Origin: Desulfobacterales bacterium
GTDB lineage: Bacteria; Desulfobacterota; Desulfobacteria; Desulfobacterales; SpSt-501
Assembly: GCA_041736435.1 (NCBI GenBank)
Contig: JBGSTS010000282.1
Location: 10,321 to 74,320, forward strand
Length of the DNA stretch: 64,000 nucleotides
Direction of reading: 5' to 3'
Below, piece after piece: positions 39,197 to 48,991 of the stretch (position 1 is the first letter of the stretch; each line of letters starts with the position of its first letter). The notes under the pieces are model-generated. The model made no database searches. It saw nothing but the letters and a program-made list of their open reading frames with translations, and was not told the origin of the DNA. The position numbers were made by a program, and so were the translations under genes.

Positions 39197-39334
39197 GGGT
39201 TCCTCCTTTTCGCTGAGTTAGGTTGACTGCAGGTGACATCCCCGTTGGAGCAGTTGTTGCGATGGAAACCCGAAGCGTGTTAGAAAATGACTAAACAGCA
39301 GTTAGAGATTTGTCCTCAAGAAGGAAAATATTCC

Positions 39335-40357
39335 ATGATCGGGAGCTTAGTCAAACGAAATCTCGTGGCACCCACCGTAATGACAGTGTTGGCGCTTCTG
39401 TTGTTGATCGCTTCCGCGATGGCCCAGGCGCCTCCCGAACCAGGCGCTGCCAAACCACCGGTAAAACCGCTTGTGGTCGGTCATCGCGGGGCCGCCGGCC
39501 TGCTGCCGGAAAACACCCTGGCTGCGTTTAAACACGGCTGTGAACTTGGCATCGACGCCATCGAGCTCGATGTCCTGGTGTCGGCCGACGGGCAGTTGGT
39601 GGTCCATCACGATTTCAAGCTGAAACCGGAAATCGCGCGCACGGCGGAGGGGGCATGGATCAGCTCAGGCTCGCCGCCGGCCATAAGAGACCTGAGCCTG
39701 GCCCAGATCAAGACCTACGACATCGGCCGCCTGCAGCCCAAAACCGCTTACGCAACGCGATATCCGGAGCAGACCCCGGTGGACGGCGAACGCATCCCAG
39801 CGCTCAAGGAAGTAATCGATCTGTTCAAGAAATCGTGCAGCCCCCCGACCCGGCTCTTCGTTGAGATCAAAACCTCGCCCGAGGAGCCGAACCTGACGCC
39901 CCCGCCCGAAGCGGTGTCGGAGCAGGTCGTCACCATGCTGAGAGAGGCGGGGATTGCCGAACGCGCCTGGATCCTCTCCTTCGACTGGCGCAACCTTGCG
40001 CACATCCAGAAAACGGCACCGGAGCTGGCAACGGTCTACCTCACCATCGTCAGCCCGGGCTTGAACACCCTCAAGTCGGGTCAGCCCGGGGCATCGCCCT
40101 GGCTGGCCGGGTTGGATATCGACGACTTCAGCGGCTTCGCGCCCCGGGCGGTGAAAGCGGCCGGCGGCCAGGTCTGGTCTCCGCATTTCAGGAACCTGAC
40201 CCCGGAGACGCTGGCGGAGGCCCGCCAGCTGGGGTTGCTGGTTTCGGTCTGGACCCCCGACGCCCCCGAAGACTTTAAAAAGCTGATCGAGATGAAAGTG
40301 GACGCCATCACCACCAACCGGCCCGATGTGTTGAAGAGGCTGCTGGAGGGGCGGTGA
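39335..40357 (+). CDS. exported glycerophosphodiester phosphodiesterase (GlpQ-like)
   Basis: Signal peptide (MIGSLVKRNLVAPTVMTVLALLLLIASAMA), then GHRGAAGLLPENTLAAF...ELDVLVSADG. Confidence 0.85.
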   Translation: MIGSLVKRNLVAPTVMTVLALLLLIASAMAQAPPEPGAAKPPVKPLVVGHRGAAGLLPENTLAAFKHGCELGIDAIELDVLVSADGQLVVHHDFKLKPEIARTAEGAWISSGSPPAIRDLSLAQIKTYDIGRLQPKTAYATRYPEQTPVDGERIPALKEVIDLFKKSCSPPTRLFVEIKTSPEEPNLTPPPEAVSEQVVTMLREAGIAERAWILSFDWRNLAHIQKTAPELATVYLTIVSPGLNTLKSGQPGASPWLAGLDIDDFSGFAPRAVKAAGGQVWSPHFRNLTPETLAEARQLGLLVSVWTPDAPEDFKKLIEMKVDAITTNRPDVLKRLLEGR

Positions 40358-40370
40358 CGGGAGGGGGCGC

Positions 40371-41597
40371 TCAGCGGCTGCGGGTAAAGATGTAGAGCCC
40401 CCCGATCGCCGCCTGGCAGACAAGGCAGATCAAAAGCGCCGTGCCGAACGCCTCCGGGCCGCGGGAGGCCTCCGGGTAGAGCCCCTGCATGGCGACGCCG
40501 AGGCCCTGCAGAAACACGGCCGGGCCCATCATGGTGAAGAAGTTGGTGCCGCTCATGGCCGCGCCCGCCATCTCTTTGGGGACAAGCGCCTTGATGTGGG
40601 CATAGACGTGCATGCCGCTGGCCGAGGCAAGGCCGAAGGCGAAAAAGACAGCCCCCGCGGCCGGCTGGCTGGTCCCCGGCGGCAGCTCCCGCAGCACCAA
40701 GGTGGTCATGGCCAGCAGGAGCAGGCCGCCGACAATGACCCATTTAGGGGTCTGGAGCCGGTCGGAAACCGCGCCCCACAAGGGCCCGCCCAGGATCAAC
40801 CCGAGGTTCATCACCAGCAGAATGTTGCCCGCCTGCACGGGTGAAAACGCCAGGACCTCCATCAGCAGGGGACCGGCCCACAGGGTTTGCAGCGCCGCGT
40901 GGGTGCCGTAGCGCACAAACGTCCCGGCCGAGATGATCCAGTAGTCCTTGTTAGCCATCAGGGTCCCCAGGTTGCCGAGGAGGGGCCCGGCCCGCGGCCG
41001 CGCACCGGATGGTTCTGGATTGAGATAAGTGTCCTCAGGCCGGTCGCGCACGACCCAGAACAACGCGAGGGTGATCAGGATGTGGAAGGCGATGATCGCC
41101 TGAAGGCTCAGGCGCCAACCGAGATGCTCGACCATCAAAACCAACGGCGTGGCGGACACCATGTTGCCGAGGGTCCCGATCGCGTAAAGCAGGCCCGAGA
41201 GCGTCGCAAAGAGTCGTGGGGTAAACCATTCCGTCAGGAGCTTCAAGGGCCCCATCATATTGCAGGCCATCCCCACCCCGATCAAAAGGCGGCCGGCCAG
41301 GCCCTGTCCAAGCCCGTGCGCCATCGAAAACATCAGAGCACCGACCACCCCGACAAAAGAGAGGGCGATCATAATGCGCTTGGCACCGATCTTGTCGAGG
41401 AAAATGCTGATCGGTATCTGGGTCAGGGCGAACGCGTAGAAAAACCCCGCGGAGAGCAGCCCCAAACCCTCTGTATCGAGATTCAGGTCCGCAACCAGCC
41501 AAGGGGCCAGGACGGCGTTGGTCGTCCGGTAGAGTTGGGAGATGAAGAGGTGCAGGGAGCACAGAATGAAGATGAGCCAGGCGCGGGTCATACCCAA
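40371..41597 (-). CDS. MFS transporter (12 TMS)
   Basis: 408 aa and hydrophobic throughout. The MFS loop motif is LDKIGAKRIM. Confidence 0.85.
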   Translation of the reverse strand: MGMTRAWLIFILCSLHLFISQLYRTTNAVLAPWLVADLNLDTEGLGLLSAGFFYAFALTQIPISIFLDKIGAKRIMIALSFVGVVGALMFSMAHGLGQGLAGRLLIGVGMACNMMGPLKLLTEWFTPRLFATLSGLLYAIGTLGNMVSATPLVLMVEHLGWRLSLQAIIAFHILITLALFWVVRDRPEDTYLNPEPSGARPRAGPLLGNLGTLMANKDYWIISAGTFVRYGTHAALQTLWAGPLLMEVLAFSPVQAGNILLVMNLGLILGGPLWGAVSDRLQTPKWVIVGGLLLLAMTTLVLRELPPGTSQPAAGAVFFAFGLASASGMHVYAHIKALVPKEMAGAAMSGTNFFTMMGPAVFLQGLGVAMQGLYPEASRGPEAFGTALLICLVCQAAIGGLYIFTRSR

Positions 41598-41719
41598 ACA
41601 CCTTTCGGGATGCAGACAGCCGGCATCGAGAGTGAAATATGGGTTTGTGTCTATCCTCGCCCGGGGTGGATGTCAAAGCAAATACGGCCATCCCTTCCAG
41701 CCTTTGCTCAATCCTTTTA

Positions 41720-41746
41720 TTGACACCCCGCAGCCTCTTTTATAGT
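41720..41746 (+). promoter_or_regulatory. candidate sigma70-type promoter for the aminotransferase/oxidase genes
   Basis: TTGACA (41720-25), a 15-nt spacer, then TATAGT (41741-46), about 78 nt upstream of ATG 41824. The spacer is shorter than optimal. Confidence 0.35.
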
Positions 41747-41823
41747 CTCGGCAAGCTCCTGGTTCAGCTCCGACCGGAATGCGACGACCACCCAGCGACC
41801 CCAACAAGGAGGGAGATGCCAGC

Positions 41824-43014
41824 ATGACACAGATCGATCCCAAGGAATTCCGAGACATCAACCCCGGCGAACGCCTTCTGATGGGCCCGGGCCCCAGCGA
41901 TGTGCCGGCGCGGGTGCTCCAGGCATTAGCGGCGCCCTGCATCGGCCACTTGGACCCCTATTTCCTGGCAATCATGAATGAGACCCAGCAGCTGCTGCGT
42001 CACCTTTTCCAAACAGGCAACGCCTTGACCATGCCCGTCTCGGCCACCGGCAGCGCAGGTATGGAGGCCTGTCTGGCGAACCTGGTGGAGTGCGGGGAGG
42101 AGGTGGTGGTGGCTGTGAACGGGGTCTTCGGCACCCGCATGTGCGACATCGTCACCCGTATCGGCGGCAAACTGGTCCGGGTGGACGGCGAATGGGGCCG
42201 GGCCGTCGACCCGGCATCGGTCGAAAAAGCCGTCAAGAGCTGCCACCCCAAACTCGTCGCTGTGGTGCACGCCGAAACCTCGACCGGAGCCTGCACCCCG
42301 CTGGAAGACATTTCCCGGATCGCCCATGCCGCCGGGGCCCTCTTCGTGGTGGACTGCGTCACATCGCTCGGGGGCATGAAGGTCCCCATCGACGCTTTGA
42401 AAGTCGACGCGGCTTACAGCGGCACCCAGAAATGCCTCTCCTGCCCCCCGGGCCTTTCGCCCGTTACCTTCAGCCCCAACGCCATCAAAGCCCTCGAGCA
42501 GCGCAAACACCCGGTGGTGAGCTGGTATTTGGATCTGGGAATGGTGCGCGACTACTGGGGCAACGAGCGCAAGTATCACCACACCGCGCCGATCAACATG
42601 GTGTACGCCATCCGCGAGGCCCTGCGCATCATCGCCGAGGAAGGACTCGAGGCACGCTTTGCGCGGCATCGCCTGAACCACCGCGCCCTGGTCGCCGGGC
42701 TGGAGGCGATGGGGCTTTCGATGCTCGTACCCGAAAAGGAGCGGCTGCCCATGCTGAACGCGGTCCGAATTCCGGAAGACGTCAACGACGCCAAGGTGCG
42801 CAAGGCCCTGCTGACCGACTTTGCCATCGAAATCGGCGGAGGCCTGGGCCAGTTCGCCGGCAAGGTGTGGCGGGTGGGCCTGATGGGGCACTCCTGCCGC
42901 CGCAGAAACGTCGTCCTGTTCCTCTCCGCCCTGGAGACGGTGCTCAAGGCCGAGGGGTTCAACGCCCGGCCGGGCGCCGTGGAGGCGGCCACGGCGGTCT
43001 ACGCGGCTATTTAG
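41824..43014 (+). CDS. class V aminotransferase (alanine/serine-glyoxylate/pyruvate aminotransferase type)
   Basis: ATG 41824 follows [17 protein letters not shown] at the N-terminus and the SGTQKCL PLP-lysine motif. Confidence 0.85.
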   Translation: MTQIDPKEFRDINPGERLLMGPGPSDVPARVLQALAAPCIGHLDPYFLAIMNETQQLLRHLFQTGNALTMPVSATGSAGMEACLANLVECGEEVVVAVNGVFGTRMCDIVTRIGGKLVRVDGEWGRAVDPASVEKAVKSCHPKLVAVVHAETSTGACTPLEDISRIAHAAGALFVVDCVTSLGGMKVPIDALKVDAAYSGTQKCLSCPPGLSPVTFSPNAIKALEQRKHPVVSWYLDLGMVRDYWGNERKYHHTAPINMVYAIREALRIIAEEGLEARFARHRLNHRALVAGLEAMGLSMLVPEKERLPMLNAVRIPEDVNDAKVRKALLTDFAIEIGGGLGQFAGKVWRVGLMGHSCRRRNVVLFLSALETVLKAEGFNARPGAVEAATAVYAAI

Positions 43015-43145
43015 TCCACCCATAAACGGCGTCCTTCGGCCCATGCCGGCGTTTTTGCTCTTCGCACTCCTCGGCGTAGATCTGCTATGCCTCCGGTTGT
43101 GAAATCGCTGCGGCCTTGGCCTGAACCGAAATTCACCATTTCTAT

Positions 43146-45755
43146 GTGAACACTCGGTGGACACTCGTTAGGAATGTGATACCGAAAGCGCTCATCAAGG
43201 AACTCAAGCGGATCGTCGGCGAGCGGCACGTGTCCGAGTCCCGTGCCGCCGCTGAACTCTACTCTTACGACGGTTCGCTCGCCCGGGGTGCACCGGGTGT
43301 GGCGGTGTTTCCCGCCGATGCGCACGAAACCAGCCGGGTTGTCGCGGCCGCTTCCCGGGTCGGTGTGCCTTTGGTTGCGCGGGGCTTCGGGACGAATCTC
43401 TCCGGCGGCACGGTTCTGTCCCGGCCTGGTCTCACCGTCTGTCTCTCGCGGATGAACCGCATATTAGGCATCTCTCCCTTCAGCCGCACCGCCGTGGTTC
43501 AGCCCGGCGTCACCAACCTGGAGCTCCAGAACGCGCTTTCCCCGCTGGGTTTTTTCTACGCGCCGGACCCCGCCAGCCAGAAGGTGTCCACCCTGGGGGG
43601 CAACGTCGGCGAGAACTCCGGTGGCCCGCGCTGTTTGAAGTACGGCGTCACCTCCAACCATGTTCTCGGGCTGGAGGTCGCCCTGCCCTGCGGAGAACTG
43701 CTACGGACGGGCGGGGCGGCCTGCGACCCTCCCGGATACGACCTGCGAGGGCTGCTCATCGGCAGCGAGGGCACCCTGGCCGTTGTGACCGAAGCCACGC
43801 TGCGCATCCTGCCCAAACCGGAAAAGGTGATCACCCAGCTTGTGGTCTACGACGAGATCGCCGCCGCCGCCCGGTCGGTTGCCGGCATCATCGCGGCCGG
43901 CATCGTGCCGGCCACCCTTGAGATGATGGACGCGCCGATCCTTCGCGCGGTGGAGGAGAGCCTCGCCTGCGGATATCCGCGGGATGCGGCGGCGGTGCTG
44001 ATCATCGAGGTGGAAGGCCCTGAAGCCGGGCTGGAAACCCAGGCGCAGCGCATTCGCGCCATCTGCATGGCCAACCGCTGCCGGGAGGTTCGGGACGCCG
44101 CAACGGCCGAGGAACGCAACCGGCTCTGGGAGGGCCGGCGCGGGGCCTTCGGCGCCGTAGCGCGCCTGGCCCCGAACTACCTTGTCAACGACTGCACCGT
44201 TCCCCGCACCCTGCTGCCCGAGGCCCTGGCGCGGGTGGCCGATATCACCGGACGCTACGGCTTCGAGCACGGCAACGTGTTCCACGCCGGGGACGGAAAC
44301 CTCCACCCCCTTATCCTGTTCGACTCTCGCGACCCGGGCCAGCTCGACCGGGTGCACGCGGCAGGCTGGGAGATCATGCTGGCCTGCGTGGCCCTGGGCG
44401 GTACGATCTCGGGCGAGCACGGGATCGGTCTCGAAAAAATGGAAGCCATGCGCCTGGTCTTCTCGGACGAGGAGATCGATTCCCAGCGCTCGCTTCAGGA
44501 TGCCTTCGATCCGGACCGCATCCTGAATCCCGGAAAAATGTTCCCGGACACGAGCAAGCCCTTTGCGTTCCGTGATCAGGCGGCCTGGCCCAGGCCCCCT
44601 AACCCGCTGACCGCCGTCGAGAACAACCTCGCGAAGCGCGTACGAAAGGCCTGTGCGGCCGGGCAGGCGCTGCGGCCGATCGGCAGCGATTCCACAAGGG
44701 GTTTTGGAAACCTGCTGCTTGGCCCGTGGCAGAGCATCTCAACGGATGCGTTGAACTCGGTCGTCGAACTCGACCCGTCCAACCAGGTGGTGACCGTAGG
44801 CGCCGGCATGCGTCTAGCCGCCATTCAAGCTGCGTTGGCCCCCCACAACCAGTGGCTGCCCTTGCGGCCCGCCTTTTGCCTGACGCAACGCAGCATCGGC
44901 GGTATCACGGCAACCAATGCCTGCGGCCCGGAACGGGTTGCTTATGGTTCTCCGCGCAAGCTCTTGTTGGGGCTGCGATTCATCGACGGCCGCGGCCGCC
45001 CGATCACCACCGGCGGCAAGGTCGTGAAGAACGTCGCCGGTTACGATCTGACCCGTCTGCTGACCGGGTCGGCCGGGACCCTGGGGCTCATCACACGGGT
45101 GACCCTAAGGACCGCCACCCGGCCGGAACGCTGCGCCTCGATCTCGGCTTCCGGAAGTCCGGAGGCCTGCGGCGAACTGGCAGCGGCGGTGCTCGGCTCC
45201 AGGATAGGGGCGGTCTTGACGGCAGCCGTGCCCGAGGAGCAGACCGGCCGCTGGCGGTTCGAAATCGGTTTCGAGGGGTTCGGGGAAACCGTTGCCGCCC
45301 AGCTGGCACGCGCCGGTATGCTTTTTGAGCAAGCCGGCTTCAGCTCCGTCCGGGTCGCGGACTACGACGTGCTCACCGGGCCTTTTGCCGGGCTTTACGA
45401 GCGCATCGCAGGCTGCCCCTTTGCGATGCGGGCCGCGGTATCACTAGACCGAACCGGTCAGGCCGCAGCCCTTCTGGGACGGCAGTTCCAGGCGAAGTCG
45501 ATGCTGGTCGATTTCGGCTGCGGGCGAATCCTGACCGGAGGCGGCGAGCTGTGCGAGGACTCCTGGCGCGAGGTCGTGCGGCAAATGGGCAGCCTGGGCG
45601 GGCACGCCGTACTGGAGACTGCACCGGATGAATTCAAGCGCGGCAACGACATATTCGGAGCACCGCGCCCCGATTGGAATCTCATGCACCGGGTCAAGAG
45701 CGTGCTCGACCCCAGGCTCATTTTTTCGCGCGGAGCCATGCCCGGCCGGGTTTGA
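43146..45755 (+). CDS. glcD: FAD-linked oxidase, GlcD-like and GlcE-like modules fused in one 869-aa polypeptide
   Basis: The first half has FGTNLSGG, GYDLRGLLIGSEGTLAVVTEATLRI and GEHGIGLEK. The second half has a second PCMH-type FAD module, KNVAGYDLTRLLTGSAGTLGLITRVTLR. It is one continuous ORF. Confidence 0.8.
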   Translation: MNTRWTLVRNVIPKALIKELKRIVGERHVSESRAAAELYSYDGSLARGAPGVAVFPADAHETSRVVAAASRVGVPLVARGFGTNLSGGTVLSRPGLTVCLSRMNRILGISPFSRTAVVQPGVTNLELQNALSPLGFFYAPDPASQKVSTLGGNVGENSGGPRCLKYGVTSNHVLGLEVALPCGELLRTGGAACDPPGYDLRGLLIGSEGTLAVVTEATLRILPKPEKVITQLVVYDEIAAAARSVAGIIAAGIVPATLEMMDAPILRAVEESLACGYPRDAAAVLIIEVEGPEAGLETQAQRIRAICMANRCREVRDAATAEERNRLWEGRRGAFGAVARLAPNYLVNDCTVPRTLLPEALARVADITGRYGFEHGNVFHAGDGNLHPLILFDSRDPGQLDRVHAAGWEIMLACVALGGTISGEHGIGLEKMEAMRLVFSDEEIDSQRSLQDAFDPDRILNPGKMFPDTSKPFAFRDQAAWPRPPNPLTAVENNLAKRVRKACAAGQALRPIGSDSTRGFGNLLLGPWQSISTDALNSVVELDPSNQVVTVGAGMRLAAIQAALAPHNQWLPLRPAFCLTQRSIGGITATNACGPERVAYGSPRKLLLGLRFIDGRGRPITTGGKVVKNVAGYDLTRLLTGSAGTLGLITRVTLRTATRPERCASISASGSPEACGELAAAVLGSRIGAVLTAAVPEEQTGRWRFEIGFEGFGETVAAQLARAGMLFEQAGFSSVRVADYDVLTGPFAGLYERIAGCPFAMRAAVSLDRTGQAAALLGRQFQAKSMLVDFGCGRILTGGGELCEDSWREVVRQMGSLGGHAVLETAPDEFKRGNDIFGAPRPDWNLMHRVKSVLDPRLIFSRGAMPGRV

Positions 45756-45820
45756 AAATGTAGTGGACCTGACCCGAGACCCCGGGCCGTCCTGTTTCAG
45801 GATCACGAGATACGTATCCG

Positions 45821-47059
45821 ATGGCCATCGTCGACCATTACGAGGATATTGCCCACTGCAACCGCTGCGGCTTCTGCCAGGTGGCCTGCCCGGTCTTCCG
45901 GTCCACGGGGCACGAGGGGGGCGTGGCCCGGGGGCGCCTGGCCTTGCTGAGGGCGCTGATCGAAAACCGGATCCCGTGGAACGCAGAGCTTGAAGAGCCG
46001 CTCTACGACTGCCTGCTGTGCGGTGCCTGCACGAGCAACTGCTTCCCGGCCATACCGACCTCGGAGATCGTCATCCGCGCGCGTGCGGAGTACCTGCAGA
46101 AGGTCGGGCGCACATCGACCCACCGGCTGCTGTTCGAAAAACTCCTGCCGTATCCGCGGCGGCTGCATGTGGCCGCTCGCGCCGTGGCTCTTGGCAAGAA
46201 CAGCGGCATGAGCCGGTTGGCACAGGCCCTGGGGTTGCTGCGCATCTTCGGCCGCGATTTCGCCCGGGCCGAGGCCATCGTCACCCGCCTGCCCACCCAA
46301 CCGCTCCGGGCGCGCCTCAAACCGGGAATCTACCCGGGGCAGGGGCCCCGGATGCGGGTGGCCTATTATATCGGCTGCGGGGTGGACATCGTCACCCAGG
46401 CGGCCGGAGAGGCCTCTTTTGCGCTGCTGCGGCAGACCGCCAGGGAGGTCTGCCTCCTCGCAACCAACTGCTGCGGCCTGCCGGCCTGGGGGTATGGGGA
46501 TTTGGAGGCGGCGCGAAACCTGGCTGCCAAAAACCTGGCGCTCGTCGGCAGCGGCGGATTCGACGCCATCGTCACGGACTGCTCGAGCTGCGCATCCTTT
46601 ATCAAGCACTACCCGGCCCTGTTTTCAGCGGATGACCCCCGTCGGGAAACGGCACGGGACACCGCAGCCCGGGTCCGCGACATCTGCGAATGGATTGCCT
46701 CGGAGACGCAACCCGCCTCGACAAGCCTGCGGGGCCGGCGGGTGACCTTCCACGACCCCTGCCACCTCTCGCGCGGCCAGGGGCTGGCAAAGCTCCCGCG
46801 CGAGATCCTGCGCCGCATTCCGGAAACCGAGTTTGTCGAGCTGCCCGAAGCCGACTGGTGCTGCGGCGGGGCCGGCGCCTATGCGCTGTCCCACTACGAG
46901 CTGGCAATGCAGGTCTTGGACCGCAAGATGGTGAACCTGAAAAGGACCGGGGCGGAGGTGCTCGTGACGACCTGCCCGGCGTGCATCATCCAGCTCTCCC
47001 ACGGCGTGCGCCGGCACGGGCTCCACGTCGACGTCAAACACCTTACCGAAATCCTATAG
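45821..47059 (+). CDS. glcF: Fe-S subunit of glycolate/D-lactate oxidase type (GlcF-like, CCG domains)
   Basis: CNRCGFCQVACP and CLLCGACTSNCF ferredoxin motifs, plus C-terminal cysteine-rich CCG-type repeats (DCSSCA, WCCGGAG). Confidence 0.85.
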   Translation: MAIVDHYEDIAHCNRCGFCQVACPVFRSTGHEGGVARGRLALLRALIENRIPWNAELEEPLYDCLLCGACTSNCFPAIPTSEIVIRARAEYLQKVGRTSTHRLLFEKLLPYPRRLHVAARAVALGKNSGMSRLAQALGLLRIFGRDFARAEAIVTRLPTQPLRARLKPGIYPGQGPRMRVAYYIGCGVDIVTQAAGEASFALLRQTAREVCLLATNCCGLPAWGYGDLEAARNLAAKNLALVGSGGFDAIVTDCSSCASFIKHYPALFSADDPRRETARDTAARVRDICEWIASETQPASTSLRGRRVTFHDPCHLSRGQGLAKLPREILRRIPETEFVELPEADWCCGGAGAYALSHYELAMQVLDRKMVNLKRTGAEVLVTTCPACIIQLSHGVRRHGLHVDVKHLTEIL

Positions 47060-47100
47060 AATTTTTACACCCCCGAAAAAACCGGGGGTGTAAAAATTCT
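47058..47100. terminator. bidirectional hairpin terminator between convergent genes
   Basis: AGAATTTTTACACCCCC (47058-74) pairs perfectly with GGGGGTGTAAAAATTCT (47084-100), plus one extra G-C pair. The loop is A-rich. T/A runs at both stem bases supply U tracts on both strands. Confidence 0.75.
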
Positions 47101-47917
47101 AAACGGGTTTTTTTAAAACTGCATGTCTGCCGGTGGGCCATGCACCGAGTTTTGCTTTCTTTAGGACATTCTTTAAAATGCCGATCCCGTCGATCTCAAC
47201 TTCGACCACATCCCCCGGCGTGAGGGCGCTCGTCGTGCCAGGGGTTCCGGTGTAGATCACGTCCCCCGGCAAAAGCGTCACGCAGCGGCTGGCATGGCTC
47301 ACCACCGTGGCCGCGTCGAAGAGCAGATCGCTCAGCAGTTGGGACTGCTTCACCTCTCCGTTGACGCGCGTCTGGAGGCGGGATGCCTTGTAGTCCAGGC
47401 CGACGGCGATTGCCGGACCCAGGGGTCCGAACGTGTCGGCCCCCTTGGCGCGCCACCACTGCAGGTCGCCCTTTTGCCAATCGCGCTCGCTCACATCGAT
47501 CCCGCAAGTATAACCAAAGATGCAGTCGGCGGCCTCTATCGGTGACACCGCTTTTGTTTTTCGTCCGATCACGACCACCAGCTCGCCCTCGTAATGCACA
47601 TTCGTCGCCCCCTCCGGGATCATGATCGTACCGCCCGGCTCCAGCAGGCAGGAGGTCGGCTTCCAGAAAAGTTCCGGTTTGGCCGGCGCCGGCCGGCCCC
47701 CCAGGTGGCTTTTGTAATTCAACCCGACGGCCATGATCTTGGTGGGCTCGCAGGGCCACAGCAGCCTGACGTCGCCGAGTGCGATGGTTTCACCGGTTTC
47801 GCGCCCCCCGTCAAATAGACCCCCTTTGATCCGTGAAACCCGGTCGCCCTCGAGAACCCCGTAAGAGAGCGCCCCGCGATGCTCATAGCGAACGACCTTC
47901 CTGACTGAATGCGACAT
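47099..47917 (-). CDS. fumarylacetoacetate hydrolase (FAH) family protein
   Basis: The 272-aa ORF reads VHYEGELVVVIGRK...GYTCGIDVSERDWQ...GTPGT, which fits the FAH-family pattern. Confidence 0.85.
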   Translation of the reverse strand: MSHSVRKVVRYEHRGALSYGVLEGDRVSRIKGGLFDGGRETGETIALGDVRLLWPCEPTKIMAVGLNYKSHLGGRPAPAKPELFWKPTSCLLEPGGTIMIPEGATNVHYEGELVVVIGRKTKAVSPIEAADCIFGYTCGIDVSERDWQKGDLQWWRAKGADTFGPLGPAIAVGLDYKASRLQTRVNGEVKQSQLLSDLLFDAATVVSHASRCVTLLPGDVIYTGTPGTTSALTPGDVVEVEIDGIGILKNVLKKAKLGAWPTGRHAVLKKPV

Positions 47918-48097
47918 GAACCCTCCTCGAATCGCAGAATGTCCGGCGCAAACGCTCTACACCGGCGGCGCGACTATACACCCGGGCAGCCGCGATGGCA
48001 AAAAAACCAACGCCCAGATGGTGACATGCGCGAGCGAATGCGCTATAAGGATGTGACATCGATGTTGCCAAGGAATACACACCACGGGAGCCACGCC

Positions 48098-48991
48098 ATG
48101 AAACCCACCGATCTGAATGGAATCTTCCCTCCCATTCCGACCCCGTTCGTCGATGGAAAACTGGCCTGCGACAAGCTGGCCGACAACATTGCCGCGTGGA
48201 ACAAGACCGGCCTTACGGGCTATGTGACCTTCGGCTCGAACGGCGAGGCCGTCTTTCTGAGCGATGAAGAAAAACTCGAGGTGGTCAAGACCGTGGTCCA
48301 GTCCGCAGCCCCGGGCATGAAGGTCATCGCCGGGACCGGCTGCGAGTCCACCTGGCAGACCATCGCATTGACCAACCGCTGCGCCCGGCTGGGCGCCCAT
48401 GCGGCCCTGGTGGTGACCCCCTTCTACTACGGTGGGCGCATGAACGAGACCGCCCTGCGGCAGCACTTCATGAGCGTGGCGGACCAGACCGAAATCCCCA
48501 TCCTGATCTACAACGTCACCAAGTTCACCCACATCAGCGTCAGCGTAAACCTGGTGGCCGCGCTCTCGCAGCACCCCAACATCATCGGGATCAAAGACAG
48601 CAACGGCAACGTTTCCTCACTGGGGGAGATGGTCAGCCGCGCCGCCGAGGATTTCAGCGTTCTGGTCGGCACGGCCGGTGCGCTGTTCGGCGCACTCACC
48701 CTGGGCTGCGTGGGTGGGATCGTGGCACTGGCCAATGTGGCGCCGCGGGCCTGTGTCCGTATTTGCAGCCTGCTGAAAAAGGGGGAACTCGAGGCCGCGA
48801 GCAAACTGCAGATCAAGATGCTCCCGGTCAACACCGCCCTCACGGCCACTTACGGCGTTCCCGGCCTGAAGGCGGCCTTGGACATGCTCGGCTACTACGG
48901 CGGCGCCCCCCGGCTCCCGCTGCTGCCGGCCGCAGACAGGGAAAAAACCGAGATTCGAGATATCTTGAAAACCGCCGATTTGCTTTCATGA
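48098..48991 (+). CDS. dihydrodipicolinate synthase/N-acetylneuraminate lyase family aldolase
   Basis: Start at ATG 48098 (MKPTDLNGIFPPIPTPF). GSNGEA, TPFYY and the Schiff-base lysine context IIGIKDSNG. Confidence 0.85.
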   Translation: MKPTDLNGIFPPIPTPFVDGKLACDKLADNIAAWNKTGLTGYVTFGSNGEAVFLSDEEKLEVVKTVVQSAAPGMKVIAGTGCESTWQTIALTNRCARLGAHAALVVTPFYYGGRMNETALRQHFMSVADQTEIPILIYNVTKFTHISVSVNLVAALSQHPNIIGIKDSNGNVSSLGEMVSRAAEDFSVLVGTAGALFGALTLGCVGGIVALANVAPRACVRICSLLKKGELEAASKLQIKMLPVNTALTATYGVPGLKAALDMLGYYGGAPRLPLLPAADREKTEIRDILKTADLLS

